A stretch of 64,000 bases of DNA, from IMG/VR virus record IMGVR_UViG_3300008111_000003, one strand, 5' to 3'. The notes under the pieces are model-generated. The model did no database searches. It was not told where the DNA came from and saw only the letters and a list, made by a program, of their open reading frames with translations. Origin of the DNA: a virus. Shown here one piece after another: positions 17,648-31,391 of the stretch (position 1 is its first letter; each line of letters opens with the position of its first letter). A program made the translations under genes and the position numbers.

Positions 17648-18381
17648 TGGCCAGACCCAAAAAAGAAGTTACACAAACCGTTAACGATGGCATATCTTTT
17701 GAGGTTGAGGTCAATGCAAAAACTGTATCACCTAATGATTTGGAATGGACTGATCATGTATTGGGATTATTAAATGAAGATGAAAAAATTAGTGGTAATC
17801 CTACCACAGATGGATTAAGGCGTATATTTGAAAAGGTCTTAAATTGTACAGTTATAGAAGCCAGACCAGAAGTTGTTCAATCACCAGATTTGGCAAATGA
17901 ACGTCGAGCCACCGTAGTTTATAGTATAGGCTATGTTTTAAATGATCCTGATCTACCAGAGTCACTTAAATATCGGTCTGTTAGTGCCGCAGCAGACGTT
18001 TACTGGGGCAACTGTGATAAGATTTATCGTAATCATCCTGTTGCTGTTGCAGAAACGCGTGCAGAAGGACGAGCATTAAGAAAAGCTCTTAAATTACGAA
18101 AAGTTGTTACCGCTGACGAAATTGCTAAGGAAGTTGTGGATCATAGTAGCGAAAGTAGTAATAACACCATAAATACTAGCCAATTAAATTTCTTTGATGT
18201 TTTTGGTAAACGGCTAAACGTAAACATCAAAAAACTGCTAGATCACCTTGCTATTAATAGTTCTAATGTTTATAATATCTCATACGATGATGCTGTAAAA
18301 ACTATAGCCACATTGTCAGGATATCAACAAAGTAATGATATTCCAACAGAAGTTCTTGGATATGACTCCAACTGGAAGTAG
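17647..18381 (+). CDS. Possible Rad52/Sak-like single-strand annealing protein
   Basis: AVAETRAEGRALRKAL helix after beta-rich core; weak motif recognition. Confidence 0.4.
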   Translation: MARPKKEVTQTVNDGISFEVEVNAKTVSPNDLEWTDHVLGLLNEDEKISGNPTTDGLRRIFEKVLNCTVIEARPEVVQSPDLANERRATVVYSIGYVLNDPDLPESLKYRSVSAAADVYWGNCDKIYRNHPVAVAETRAEGRALRKALKLRKVVTADEIAKEVVDHSSESSNNTINTSQLNFFDVFGKRLNVNIKKLLDHLAINSSNVYNISYDDAVKTIATLSGYQQSNDIPTEVLGYDSNWK

Positions 18382-18388
18382 GTGAATT

Positions 18389-18718
18389 ATGAAAGTTAAA
18401 TATAAAGTTAGCGATAAACTAGAATTTGAATTAGAGGGAAGTGGACAAAAAGAAGTTTTTAAGGAATTAGCATTAATTCAGGAAATCTTTGGTGAGGAAT
18501 ATTGTGGACTTTGTAAAAGTCATAATCTAAAGTTTGTGGTTCGTAATGTGGAAGGTAATGACTATTATGAATTAAGATGTTCAGAATGTGGAGCATTATT
18601 AGCTTTTGGTCAACACAAAAAAGGAGGCACATTATTTCCAAAACGTAAAGATGATGATGGAAACTACTTACCAAATAAAGGTTGGCACAAATGGAGCAAA
18701 GACTCTAAGGATAAATAA
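18389..18718 (+). CDS. Zinc-ribbon hypothetical protein
   Basis: CGLC...CSECG; AGGTG RBS. Confidence 0.6.
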   Translation: MKVKYKVSDKLEFELEGSGQKEVFKELALIQEIFGEEYCGLCKSHNLKFVVRNVEGNDYYELRCSECGALLAFGQHKKGGTLFPKRKDDDGNYLPNKGWHKWSKDSKDK

Positions 18719-21700
18719 TGAGCCCGCTTTATCTGTTGAATGGTAAATTGCTTATCAAAGACTCTAAATTGGCAACTAATGCTAATTGTTGTTGCTATAT
18801 ATGTAAACAACGTGGAACTTGCTCATGTGCAGGCGGACTAGAGATTACATATCAACAATTGTGGACAGAGGTTCAAAAATGGATAACTCTTGTAGGATCA
18901 CTATGTGAACATAGTGGTATAGTAACTCCGATAGTATGCGGAGAATGGAAACCAAATGATGCCTATCTATCTAGAGGATGTTGTACACAACAGTGTTATG
19001 ATATTTGGTATCGTCTATTAACGGATATTGGGTATGACGAACAAACTATCAACAGCACATCCCCTGCTCAATTTGATATTTTGTGTAGTGGAACGACTTT
19101 AGACCCGGCTCAGGTTCCTGGATTGCCTATTGGAATAGGCTCATGTTCGGGTTTTGCTGGCATTCCATTCGACCGGGACTATGACTATGAGTACGGAGGG
19201 TATACTGACTCATGTATCATGGATAAATATAAGCTGTTCATGCTAAGTATTGATCCAAAATTATCTGGACTACCAGTACCAAGAGCACGTATACACCCAA
19301 CACTATTCTATTTTAGTGATGGTTTTTCTAGGGAGGATAGACCAGTCACTTCATATAATGATATAGAATTTGCACATATAAAAATAGATCCTTTAGCTTT
19401 TGATGGTAACTTATGTTTTTCTAATACAGAACAAAATGTAGTTACACAATTATTTAGTTCAGGATCATATGCGCCATATTCTGGTACTACATATTATGAA
19501 AATCGGGGTGATTGTATAAGATGTTTTGGTTCTTTATATAAATTAGGTACACCTGATTTTCTAGATAGAGATACTACTGAATCATTCATGAGCGGATGCT
19601 TAATGAATCAAACTAGCGGAGATATGGTAGGTTACACAGAATTTTTTATTGGTACAAATATTATGTTATCAGGATCAGAATGTACTCAATCAAGATTTAA
19701 AGATGATATTCCTATCAAACCATATGGCATATTATTAAATGAATTAGGAAATCCAGATAATGTATTTCCAGAAGAAAATAGGGGGGAGCTTAATAATCAA
19801 GATGATAGTGAATATAAACCTGGATATATGAACCCAGCATTTACACCATCAGATATTGGAAATTTTTATTATGAAATAAATACGATAAAAAGCTCAACAT
19901 CGGGCGCAATTGTTGATGATCAACTATTTAGTGATAATCCTTATGATTATTTTTATGAATTTGAAGTATCCTATAAATATGCTATTACTTGGGATAATCC
20001 TGATAGCCTTGATCCTCCTCCGGTTTACTATCCATTTACTAATAAATGGAATATAAAATACGGTCCAATTTATCCTAATCCTAATTATACTCCAAGACAT
20101 ATTATAACATCACACAACGCTAATTATGAAAATGATCCTAGAATTCCACGACCAAGCGAATGGTGGACAAGTTCAAAATATTATCAATCTGATTCTGTAT
20201 TAGTTAGTGATTATAATTTTAAGGATATTTTATTAGAATCGGGGGTTCATTGGGGAACCACAATGACTTTAAAATGGGATAGTCCTATATTCGTAGGAAA
20301 TAATAATTATGACTATGAAGATATTCCTTTTAGATCAATCAGCGGAACAACGTTTCCTCCTGTGATAACACTTAGTACAACAGGATTAGATACTGGAGCC
20401 ACATTTAGTCCCATACTAATCGAAAAATTAGGGGTATGGAGCATATCGGGTGTTGAAATATCTGGTAATGCCAATAACTATGAAAATAATCAGAAGTTAA
20501 AAATAGAAGTATCAGATGGTGATACTATTGAAGAAAATGCTATTATAAAACTATTAACACAACCTTCTGGTACAATATCAGATGAGCAACCCTCATTAAT
20601 TGCTAAAATTAGTGGCTCAAATCAATCGGCTAATATTACTACTACATGGAGTAAATTAGAAAATAACCATTGGCAACCATCTTTCGAGTTGACTAATAAA
20701 GGAGCTAATTATAGCGATTTAATCATACCAATAGTATTTCATACTGGCATAGCAACACAAACAGTAATTCCATCAGTTGGAAGTGCGGTACTAAATACTG
20801 TAGTTCCTACATTTACTATAAATATAATTACTAGTACCGGATCTGGGGCACAGTTAAATATAAATAATATACTAAAAAACATACCGGAGGGCCCGTATCG
20901 TAATCCTTGGGACCCGGCGGATCAATGGAAATTACGCCCAAAATCATGGTTTTTTGAATTTAGAAGTTATGCTTACCCTGGAGAAGGTCCATGGATTAGT
21001 ACTGGTTCTGGTTATACTAATCAAGATTATATAGAAATTATTGTGCAGCCAGAGTCAACCATACTAGGCAATAATGTTGGATCTACGATTCAAAGATCTG
21101 CTCCTAATATATGGAGAATAAATTTAGATGTAAATAATAATGGAAGTATTAAAACCGTATTTCCAGGATTACCCATCAACCCATATACAGAAAATTTTTG
21201 TCTCAAAACACAACAAATAAATAGTATATATTTTATAGATACAATAGGCTATTATGATTATTATGAACCCCCCAGAACAACTTATGGGGAATATTATAGA
21301 GAATCATTAGGTGAAATTCCTGCTACGATACTAATTGAAAATAGTGGGAAATATTATAGAGAGATGGTTGATAAAAATTTCTCTATAAAACCTATTAGCG
21401 GTCCATGTATTAAAAATATTAAGATGGATATATGGCATCCTGGACCATGTGGGATAAATGAAGAACTCAAAGCAGAAACTAGTATTGGAACTCCATGGGA
21501 ATCACCTCATAGTGGAATGAATATTACTATACAAAATTCTGAATTAATAGATCCTAACGCCAATTTTTTAAATACAAAATGGTTAAAAAATCATACATTT
21601 ATAGATCCACAAAGAAGTGTATCATCATCTGGCTATGATTTGGATAATCAATATCTATTACTATTCAAGGAAGATACGACACTAAAATATAGAGTAAAAC

Positions 21701-22563
21701 AAGTATTAAGTAATACTAGACTTAAACTAGAAACCTTGGCGGGCGAACCAGCATATGATGAGATAAATAGTAATAATTCTTACTATATTGGCGGTAAATA
21801 TTATGGTAATTTAGAACAATTTTATTATTTTAAAACTTGGCAAAATGATCTCGGAGTAGACCAGTGCCCCGCTTTTGTGGGTAGCTATGGGTACAATTAT
21901 ATAATAAATCCTGGTGGTAGTGAGCTATATAATGGCGCTACTTTCGAACCAATGTATTGGGAATATGCATGTCCTTGTGGTTTCTTAACAAATATGGTTC
22001 TAAGAGTGATTAAAACTGAGGCGTGTAATGCTGCATATTATGATAATGATAAGTATTTCTTTCCTAGAGAGTGGTGGACCATATATGTTCAACACGATGG
22101 AACAAATTTGCTAACCAATAATTCTTTTCCCCTTAAGATATTTAAAACTAGTTGTCAAGAATCTACTAATAGTAATACTTTTTTCTGTAGTATGGCTACT
22201 GATTTTACATTAACTGGTGCGGCTCCGGATAATAAAGTGATACCGTGGGGAACTTTTGAAAATTATGGTGTAAATCCTTGTAGATATGACCTGGAAAACG
22301 ATCCCTATTTTTGGGAAGATGATACTTACATTAGCATACTACCATCAACAAATATTGAACTTATTGATGATCAGTTAGCTTGTATCGATCTGGAAGATTG
22401 TATTGCGAATGGGTACGGCTATTATCATCACCCAACGGTCCCGGATTATGCCGACATGGAAGATCTTTTTATCAGATGTGATCAAACAGAACCAACAGGC
22501 GTATGGGCATCTGGCTATTATATCACAAGCTACTCACTCTTCCCATGTTCTGGAGGATATTAG
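18718..22563 (+). CDS. Large Cys-rich putative virion adhesin / tail fibre-like protein
   Basis: N-terminal LYLLNGKLL..LATNANCCC; repeated GSGA/GSGY beta motifs (STGSGAQL, STGSGYTN); Cys clusters at both ends. Confidence 0.5.
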   Translation: MSPLYLLNGKLLIKDSKLATNANCCCYICKQRGTCSCAGGLEITYQQLWTEVQKWITLVGSLCEHSGIVTPIVCGEWKPNDAYLSRGCCTQQCYDIWYRLLTDIGYDEQTINSTSPAQFDILCSGTTLDPAQVPGLPIGIGSCSGFAGIPFDRDYDYEYGGYTDSCIMDKYKLFMLSIDPKLSGLPVPRARIHPTLFYFSDGFSREDRPVTSYNDIEFAHIKIDPLAFDGNLCFSNTEQNVVTQLFSSGSYAPYSGTTYYENRGDCIRCFGSLYKLGTPDFLDRDTTESFMSGCLMNQTSGDMVGYTEFFIGTNIMLSGSECTQSRFKDDIPIKPYGILLNELGNPDNVFPEENRGELNNQDDSEYKPGYMNPAFTPSDIGNFYYEINTIKSSTSGAIVDDQLFSDNPYDYFYEFEVSYKYAITWDNPDSLDPPPVYYPFTNKWNIKYGPIYPNPNYTPRHIITSHNANYENDPRIPRPSEWWTSSKYYQSDSVLVSDYNFKDILLESGVHWGTTMTLKWDSPIFVGNNNYDYEDIPFRSISGTTFPPVITLSTTGLDTGATFSPILIEKLGVWSISGVEISGNANNYENNQKLKIEVSDGDTIEENAIIKLLTQPSGTISDEQPSLIAKISGSNQSANITTTWSKLENNHWQPSFELTNKGANYSDLIIPIVFHTGIATQTVIPSVGSAVLNTVVPTFTINIITSTGSGAQLNINNILKNIPEGPYRNPWDPADQWKLRPKSWFFEFRSYAYPGEGPWISTGSGYTNQDYIEIIVQPESTILGNNVGSTIQRSAPNIWRINLDVNNNGSIKTVFPGLPINPYTENFCLKTQQINSIYFIDTIGYYDYYEPPRTTYGEYYRESLGEIPATILIENSGKYYREMVDKNFSIKPISGPCIKNIKMDIWHPGPCGINEELKAETSIGTPWESPHSGMNITIQNSELIDPNANFLNTKWLKNHTFIDPQRSVSSSGYDLDNQYLLLFKEDTTLKYRVKQVLSNTRLKLETLAGEPAYDEINSNNSYYIGGKYYGNLEQFYYFKTWQNDLGVDQCPAFVGSYGYNYIINPGGSELYNGATFEPMYWEYACPCGFLTNMVLRVIKTEACNAAYYDNDKYFFPREWWTIYVQHDGTNLLTNNSFPLKIFKTSCQESTNSNTFFCSMATDFTLTGAAPDNKVIPWGTFENYGVNPCRYDLENDPYFWEDDTYISILPSTNIELIDDQLACIDLEDCIANGYGYYHHPTVPDYADMEDLFIRCDQTEPTGVWASGYYITSYSLFPCSGGY

Positions 22564-22626
22564 TTATTTATATTTCGCAAGATGTTGTATTGATCCATCT
22601 TAACCACAAATGAAATAGAAAATAAA

Positions 22627-24267
22627 ATGAATAAAAACAATAATAGAATAGTATTCATAACAGGTATCTGGGATCTAAATAGAGATACTAGCAAACCTGA
22701 ATGGCAGAGATCCTTTGATCATTATGTAACTAATTTTATTAGATTATTATCTGAAATGAAAGATCATAATTTAATTATTTTTATAGATCCATCATTAGAA
22801 GATTTGATATGGAAATATAGAGAAAAAAATAATACAAAAATCTATTATCATTCTAAGGACCAGTTTAAAGGATCTTTTTTTCCATTTTTTGATCAAGTTC
22901 AAGAGATTAGAAATAATCCAGAGTGGTATAATCAAGTTGGCTGGTTAAAAGATAGTACTCAAGCCTCACTGGAATATTATAATCCCATGGTAATGAGTAA
23001 GATGTTTTTATTACACAATGCTAAACTATTTAATCCATTTGATAGTGAATATTTTTATTGGATAGATGGTGGAATAACCAATACTCTGAGTTTGGGTTAT
23101 TTTCATAATCAAACAGTATTAAATAATCTAATTAGTCTTAGTTCTAAATTTTTATTCATATGTTTTCCATATGAAACAAATAGCGAGATTCATGGATTTA
23201 ATATTGACGGAATGAGAAAATATGCCAACAATGAAAATGTTAATAGAGTAGCTCGTGGTGGATTTTTTGGAGGTCACAAAAGCCATATTAGTGAAGCAAA
23301 TAACCTATACTACAATTTACTAAATTCTACTCTTAATGACGGATATATGGGAACTGAAGAAAGTATCTTTACGTTGATGACATATTTAGATCCGTATACC
23401 TATAATTTTGAAACTATTAATGATGATGGATTAATATATACTTTCTTTGAGAAGTTACAAAATAATAGTTATAGTAATAGAATTAAAAATAGAGTTAATC
23501 TATATATCAATACATTTAACTCTCCTGATCAATTACAGCTATTATTAGACTCTTTTGAAAAATATACTCCGGAATTTCTAAATAATTCTGTAGAAAAAAT
23601 ACTAATAAATAATAGTACACATACTGATCTATTTGAACAATATGATACTATATCAGCAAAATATAATTTAGCAGAAAAAAGGATGGGGAATTTAGGAATT
23701 TGTGGGGCCAGACAATGGGCCGCAGAACATTTTGATCAATCATCCTCTGACTTTATGGTGTTTTTTGAGGATGATATGCTTATGGACCTGAATGGTTTTT
23801 GTGCATTTGGATTCAATAAGAACACGAATAGATTGTATAGTACCGTTATAGATATTATGAATAAAGAAAATTATGACTTTCTGAAATTCAGTTTTAGTGA
23901 ATTTTATGGTCATAATGGAGATCAGTGGAGTTGGCATAATGTTCCAGAAACTAGAAAAAATGAATATTTTGGCAACAATTTAACAAAAAAACCACCAACA
24001 CTATTTCATAATATTAAGAGCTTAAATGGAATACCATATGCTGCTGGAGAGATTTACTATAGTAACTGGCCTCTTATAATAAATAAAGAAGGTAATAGGA
24101 AATGTTTTTTGGATACAAAATGGGCTCGGCCATATGAACAAACATGGATGAGTCATATTTATACTTTAACTAAAGAGAAAAGAGTAAAACCAGCAATACT
24201 ATTAGCTAGTCCCATAACACATAATAGAGTATATCATTATCATGGATCAGAACGAAAAGAAAATTGA
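22627..24267 (+). CDS. HtrL/YibB-like glycosyltransferase fused to a second GT-A-like domain
   Basis: ITGIWDL, KMFLL..NPFDSEYFYWIDGG, GGFFGG, TEESIF; second domain GICGARQW..FFEDD. Confidence 0.65.
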   Translation: MNKNNNRIVFITGIWDLNRDTSKPEWQRSFDHYVTNFIRLLSEMKDHNLIIFIDPSLEDLIWKYREKNNTKIYYHSKDQFKGSFFPFFDQVQEIRNNPEWYNQVGWLKDSTQASLEYYNPMVMSKMFLLHNAKLFNPFDSEYFYWIDGGITNTLSLGYFHNQTVLNNLISLSSKFLFICFPYETNSEIHGFNIDGMRKYANNENVNRVARGGFFGGHKSHISEANNLYYNLLNSTLNDGYMGTEESIFTLMTYLDPYTYNFETINDDGLIYTFFEKLQNNSYSNRIKNRVNLYINTFNSPDQLQLLLDSFEKYTPEFLNNSVEKILINNSTHTDLFEQYDTISAKYNLAEKRMGNLGICGARQWAAEHFDQSSSDFMVFFEDDMLMDLNGFCAFGFNKNTNRLYSTVIDIMNKENYDFLKFSFSEFYGHNGDQWSWHNVPETRKNEYFGNNLTKKPPTLFHNIKSLNGIPYAAGEIYYSNWPLIINKEGNRKCFLDTKWARPYEQTWMSHIYTLTKEKRVKPAILLASPITHNRVYHYHGSERKEN

Positions 24268-25516
24268 TACAATCTTTATTCAGATAGCCTCCTACAGAGA
24301 TCCTCAATTATTATACACAATTAAAGATTGTTTAGATAAAGCACAATATCCAGAAAATTTAAGATTTGCTATTTGTTGGCAGCATTGTGATAATGATACT
24401 TGGGATCATCTTAATGACTATATTTATGATAGTAGATTTAAAATTATAGATATAGACTACAAAGACAGTAAAGGAGTTTGTTGGGCTAGAAATTTGGTTC
24501 AAAACTTATACCAGGGAGAAACCTATACGCTACAAATAGATAGTCATCATAGGTTTGCACAAAATTGGGATACAACACTAATAGAGATGTTGAAATCACT
24601 ACAGGATAAAGGATATCACAAACCACTTATTACTGCCTATATTCCAAGTTTTGATCCAGATAATGATCCTGCGGCCAGAGTTCAGGAACCTTGGAAGATG
24701 ACCTTTGATAGATTTATACCAGAAGGAGCAGTATTCTTCCTTCCTGCGTCATTTAATCCAACAATCGATAAATTAGATGAACCATTAATGGGACGGTTCT
24801 ATAGTGCTCATTTTGCGTTTACTCTTGGAATATTTTCTAAAGAAGTAAAACATGATCCAGAATACTATTTTCATGGTGAAGAAATTAGCATAGCAGCAAG
24901 AGCATTTACTCATGGTTATGATATCTTTTATCCTCATAAAGTAGTTTGCTGGCATGAATATACCAGAAAAGGACGAAGCAAACAGTGGGATGATGATAAA
25001 TATTGGGTAGATCGTAATAATCATTGTCACCTAAGAAATAGAAAACTATTTGGTATGGATGGATTAGTTAACGATATTGATTTTGGTAAATATGGATTTG
25101 GCGATATACGATCATTAAGAGATTATGAAAAATATGCTGGATTAAATTTTAGTACCAGATCAATTACTCAAGATGTGGTTGATCATAAACCTCCCAAATT
25201 GGACAATATGCTTATTGATGATTCCACCTTTAAGGGTAGTCTATTAAATATTTTTAAACATTGTATTGATATAGGATATAATCAAGTTCCACTAGAAGAC
25301 TATGATTTTTGGGCTGTTGCTTTTAAGGATGAAAATGGACACGATATGTATAGACACGATGCTGATAAAGATGAAATTATAAGAATGAAAAATGATCCTG
25401 ATGGATATTGTAAAGTATGGAGAACCTTTGAAACCTCTAAAAGACCATCTAGTTGGTTAGTTTGGCCTCATAGTGCTAGCCAAGGATGGAGTGAACCAAT
25501 AATAGGAAATATATAA
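24242..25516 (+). CDS. GT60-like polypeptide N-acetylglucosaminyltransferase (Skp1 GlcNAc-transferase family)
   Basis: TIFIQIASYRDPQ, SKGVCWAR, LQIDSHHRF..NWD, FHGEEISIAARAFTHGYD. Confidence 0.75.
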   Translation: MDQNEKKIDTIFIQIASYRDPQLLYTIKDCLDKAQYPENLRFAICWQHCDNDTWDHLNDYIYDSRFKIIDIDYKDSKGVCWARNLVQNLYQGETYTLQIDSHHRFAQNWDTTLIEMLKSLQDKGYHKPLITAYIPSFDPDNDPAARVQEPWKMTFDRFIPEGAVFFLPASFNPTIDKLDEPLMGRFYSAHFAFTLGIFSKEVKHDPEYYFHGEEISIAARAFTHGYDIFYPHKVVCWHEYTRKGRSKQWDDDKYWVDRNNHCHLRNRKLFGMDGLVNDIDFGKYGFGDIRSLRDYEKYAGLNFSTRSITQDVVDHKPPKLDNMLIDDSTFKGSLLNIFKHCIDIGYNQVPLEDYDFWAVAFKDENGHDMYRHDADKDEIIRMKNDPDGYCKVWRTFETSKRPSSWLVWPHSASQGWSEPIIGNI

Positions 25517-26127
25517 TGAATGGTGGATTTGTATATAATAACCTTTATATTAGTCAGCATCCTGATACTCCAAAGGTTTTTAAAACTTTTTTGAATACTG
25601 TTAGACCAAATAGAATATTAGAAATTGGTACTTTTCATGGAGGATTAACAATATTATTAAGAGATATTCTAGATGAGTTAGGTTTACAAGACAACACAAT
25701 AAGAACCTATGATATTAATGAACAAATTTTTCTAAAGCCATTAATACAAGATAGAAATATTGATATTTTTACCAAAAATTTATTTACTGTGAATTATGCT
25801 GATTGGTATAACGAATCTAGTAAACAGGAAATATACGATTACTTAATTCAAGATGGAGTTTCTTTGATTTTATGTGATGGTGGTTGTAAAAGGTGCGAAT
25901 TTAATCTAATTTCTCCGCTCCTTAAAAGTGGAGATATTATTATGGCACACGATTATGCTCCAAATAGTGAATATTTTGAAAAATATATAAAAGATAAGAT
26001 ATGGAATTGGCATGAGATACAAGATAAAGATATAATAGAAGTAAGTGAACAATATGGCTTAGAGCCCTTTTGTCAAGAACTAATGCAAAATATAGCGTGG
26101 TGCAGTAGAAGGAGGGAAAATGGATGA
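25516..26127 (+). CDS. Class I SAM-dependent methyltransferase
   Basis: ILEIGTFHGG motif I, YDI, CDGG, LKSGDIIMAHDY. Confidence 0.75.
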   Translation: MNGGFVYNNLYISQHPDTPKVFKTFLNTVRPNRILEIGTFHGGLTILLRDILDELGLQDNTIRTYDINEQIFLKPLIQDRNIDIFTKNLFTVNYADWYNESSKQEIYDYLIQDGVSLILCDGGCKRCEFNLISPLLKSGDIIMAHDYAPNSEYFEKYIKDKIWNWHEIQDKDIIEVSEQYGLEPFCQELMQNIAWCSRRRENG

Positions 26128-27151
26128 GATATGGGTGGCCGGGTATCCTTCATTTGTTGGCGGTGCAGATACTGAGCTTGATCATAATATAGACTTATGG
26201 AGAATGCACAACATCGATGTTAATCTTGTGCCTATGTTTGGTTGTGATAAAAAAATGAAATCTTTATGTGATAAAAGAGGGTGCAAAACTATCGAATATA
26301 GTAAAGATATCTTTAGGGATAAAGTTGTAGTATCTTTTTGTAATGGAGAGTTCTTAAAAAAATTACCAGAAATAATGGAGTATGGAAAACCTAAAAGGGT
26401 CATATGGTTCAACTGTATGACATGGTTATTTGATAATGAAATAATAGCAATTAATAATAATTGGATAGATTTTCATGGGTTTGTTTCAGAATATCAAAAA
26501 AATATGCTATTAGAACAAATTCAACAAAAGACTGATAAAAATATCAATATTCTTGAAGGATATAAACCATACTTTAATCCTAATAATTTAAGTCAAAATT
26601 TAGTATTTTCTTATCGAAAACCAAGTGATTATTTTTGTATGGGTAGGGTTTCAAGGGATGATGCGTCAAAATTTTCTTCAGATATGTGGAATATATTTTA
26701 TAAGGTTAATTCTCCGTTACCTACAAAAACTTTTATATTGGGTTTTGGAGAGAATGCATTTAAAAAATGTGGTCAGGCACCAAACGGATTAGATTGGCAA
26801 ACATGGAGTCCCGGAGCGATACCAGTTAAAGAACTATATAATAAATTGCATTGTTTGATTCATAAAACAGGCGGCAGTAGAGAAAGTTATTGTAGGATTG
26901 TGCCTGAATGTTATGCTGCTGGAGTTCCTATTATAGCAGAGAATAACTATGCATTTAAAGAATTGGTAATAAATGAAGAAACCGGATTTCTCTGTGAAAG
27001 TTCAGACGAAATGAGTTATAGAGCAAGCGAACTAGCATTTGATGAAAAATTAAGAAAAAAAATAATTTATAATGCTTATAATTATCTGATGGATTGTATA
27101 TCTAACAAAAAACAATGCATAAGATGTTGGATGAATATATTTAATCAATAA
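26120..27151 (+). CDS. GT-B (GT4-like) glycosyltransferase
   Basis: GGADTEL, GRVSR, RESYCRIVPECYAAGVPII, ELVINEETGFL. Confidence 0.78.
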   Translation: MDEIWVAGYPSFVGGADTELDHNIDLWRMHNIDVNLVPMFGCDKKMKSLCDKRGCKTIEYSKDIFRDKVVVSFCNGEFLKKLPEIMEYGKPKRVIWFNCMTWLFDNEIIAINNNWIDFHGFVSEYQKNMLLEQIQQKTDKNINILEGYKPYFNPNNLSQNLVFSYRKPSDYFCMGRVSRDDASKFSSDMWNIFYKVNSPLPTKTFILGFGENAFKKCGQAPNGLDWQTWSPGAIPVKELYNKLHCLIHKTGGSRESYCRIVPECYAAGVPIIAENNYAFKELVINEETGFLCESSDEMSYRASELAFDEKLRKKIIYNAYNYLMDCISNKKQCIRCWMNIFNQ

Positions 27152-27162
27152 AGGAGAAATAA

Positions 27163-27918
27163 ATGAATGAATTACCAAGCATATCATGTAAATGTATAAC
27201 TTATGGTAGAGTAGATCTTTTGGAAGAAAGCATTCAGTCTTTTTTAAGACAGAAATATAGTGGAAAAAAAGAATTAGTTATTATTAATGATTATCCATTA
27301 CAAAAGCTTTACTATGATCATCCTGAGATTCGAATTATTAATTTAGATACCACGTTTCCAACAATTGGACATAAAGAAAATTTTGCTGTTAATAGTTGTC
27401 AATACGATATCATAGCTGTATGGGATGATGACGATATAGCACTACCTAATCATTTATCAAATATAGCTCAATATTTTAAAGATGGTAGTGATCTGTTACA
27501 CTGGGGTAGGGGTGTATTTTTTAATGAGCCAGATAATCTAGTAATTACAGGCTTAGGAAATTCTGGGATCGTATATAGCAAAAAAATTTGGAAAAAAATT
27601 GGTGGACATTTTCTAGAAAATGCTGGATACGATATGAGTTTTGTTATTAAGATTAAAGAAATATCAGATAAAATTATTATAGCTAATCCACCAGATAACG
27701 AAGTAAGTTGGTTTTATATGTGGGGAGATAGATGCTATCATATGAGTGGTCAAGGCGCTGATACAGGTCAGGGCCCGTCTGCATTAGAAAGACACATGGA
27801 ATATATAGAAAAACTTAGACTAGAGGATAAAATTCAAATAGGTGATATAGTACTTAACCCACACTGGAAAAAAGATTATATTGAATTATTAAAATTAAAA
27901 TTAACTATAAAATACTAG
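27163..27918 (+). CDS. GT-A (GT2-like) glycosyltransferase
   Basis: ISCKCITYGR..LEESIQSFLRQKY..ELVIIND, WDDDD DxD motif; AAGGAG RBS. Confidence 0.8.
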   Translation: MNELPSISCKCITYGRVDLLEESIQSFLRQKYSGKKELVIINDYPLQKLYYDHPEIRIINLDTTFPTIGHKENFAVNSCQYDIIAVWDDDDIALPNHLSNIAQYFKDGSDLLHWGRGVFFNEPDNLVITGLGNSGIVYSKKIWKKIGGHFLENAGYDMSFVIKIKEISDKIIIANPPDNEVSWFYMWGDRCYHMSGQGADTGQGPSALERHMEYIEKLRLEDKIQIGDIVLNPHWKKDYIELLKLKLTIKY

Positions 27919-27968
27919 ATGGAACAGTATATGATATAATCAATATTTTTGTTTATTAACAAGCCATT

Positions 27969-28658
27969 TTAAGGACAAGGAGAGCTAGATACCGAAGGTG
28001 TTACTGTTGGTGTTGTTGTTGGAGAAACAAGGGGTGTGCCCGTAACACTATTTGTTGGGGTTTGGCTTAATGTTGGTAATGGCGTGCTAGTTATCGTTGG
28101 AGACATAGCTGGTGTTGCTGGAGGAGTTGCTGTTGGAGTTTTTGTAAATCCTTTACTAGAATCAGGAGTGCCCGATAATGATACTGTTGGTGTTGCTGTA
28201 TTAGAAGCAGAAATACTTATTGTTGGAGTACTTGTTACTGTCAAAGAAACTGTTCCTGTTTTTGTAAAACTAATAGTAGGAGTACCAGTAAAAGATCTAG
28301 AAGGCGTAGGAGTTAAGGTAATAGTTGATGATGGTGTTCTAGTAGGAGTTAATGTTGGCTGTGGCGTTTTAGTACGTGTAGGTGTAGGTGTTCCACTATT
28401 TGGTGGAGACGATGTTGGCGTACTAGAAGACGCTGGACTAGAACCCGCCGAAACCACTGGCACAGCAGTTCCAGCAACAGGAGTTGTATAAGAACAATTA
28501 GCAGCAGCACTCTGAGATAGTGATGGAGTTGTAGTAGGTGTGGATGTAGGGGTTTTAGCTAATGATTTAGATGGAGTGGCTGTTCTTGTTAAGGTCACAG
28601 ATGGTGTAACACTGTTTGTTGGGGTTCTAGTTATTGTTGGTGTTGGACAAGTAGCCAT
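27969..28658 (-). CDS. Mucin-like Thr/Pro/Ser-rich protein
   Basis: 229 aa dominated by TPT/TPS/TxT repeats, three Cys; last gene of the virion operon. Confidence 0.65.
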   Translation of the reverse strand: MATCPTPTITRTPTNSVTPSVTLTRTATPSKSLAKTPTSTPTTTPSLSQSAAANCSYTTPVAGTAVPVVSAGSSPASSSTPTSSPPNSGTPTPTRTKTPQPTLTPTRTPSSTITLTPTPSRSFTGTPTISFTKTGTVSLTVTSTPTISISASNTATPTVSLSGTPDSSKGFTKTPTATPPATPAMSPTITSTPLPTLSQTPTNSVTGTPLVSPTTTPTVTPSVSSSPCP

Positions 28659-28670
28659 ATTAATCTCGCT

Positions 28671-31376
<2,706 letters not shown>

Positions 31377-31391
31377 ATTTATCTTTCTATA

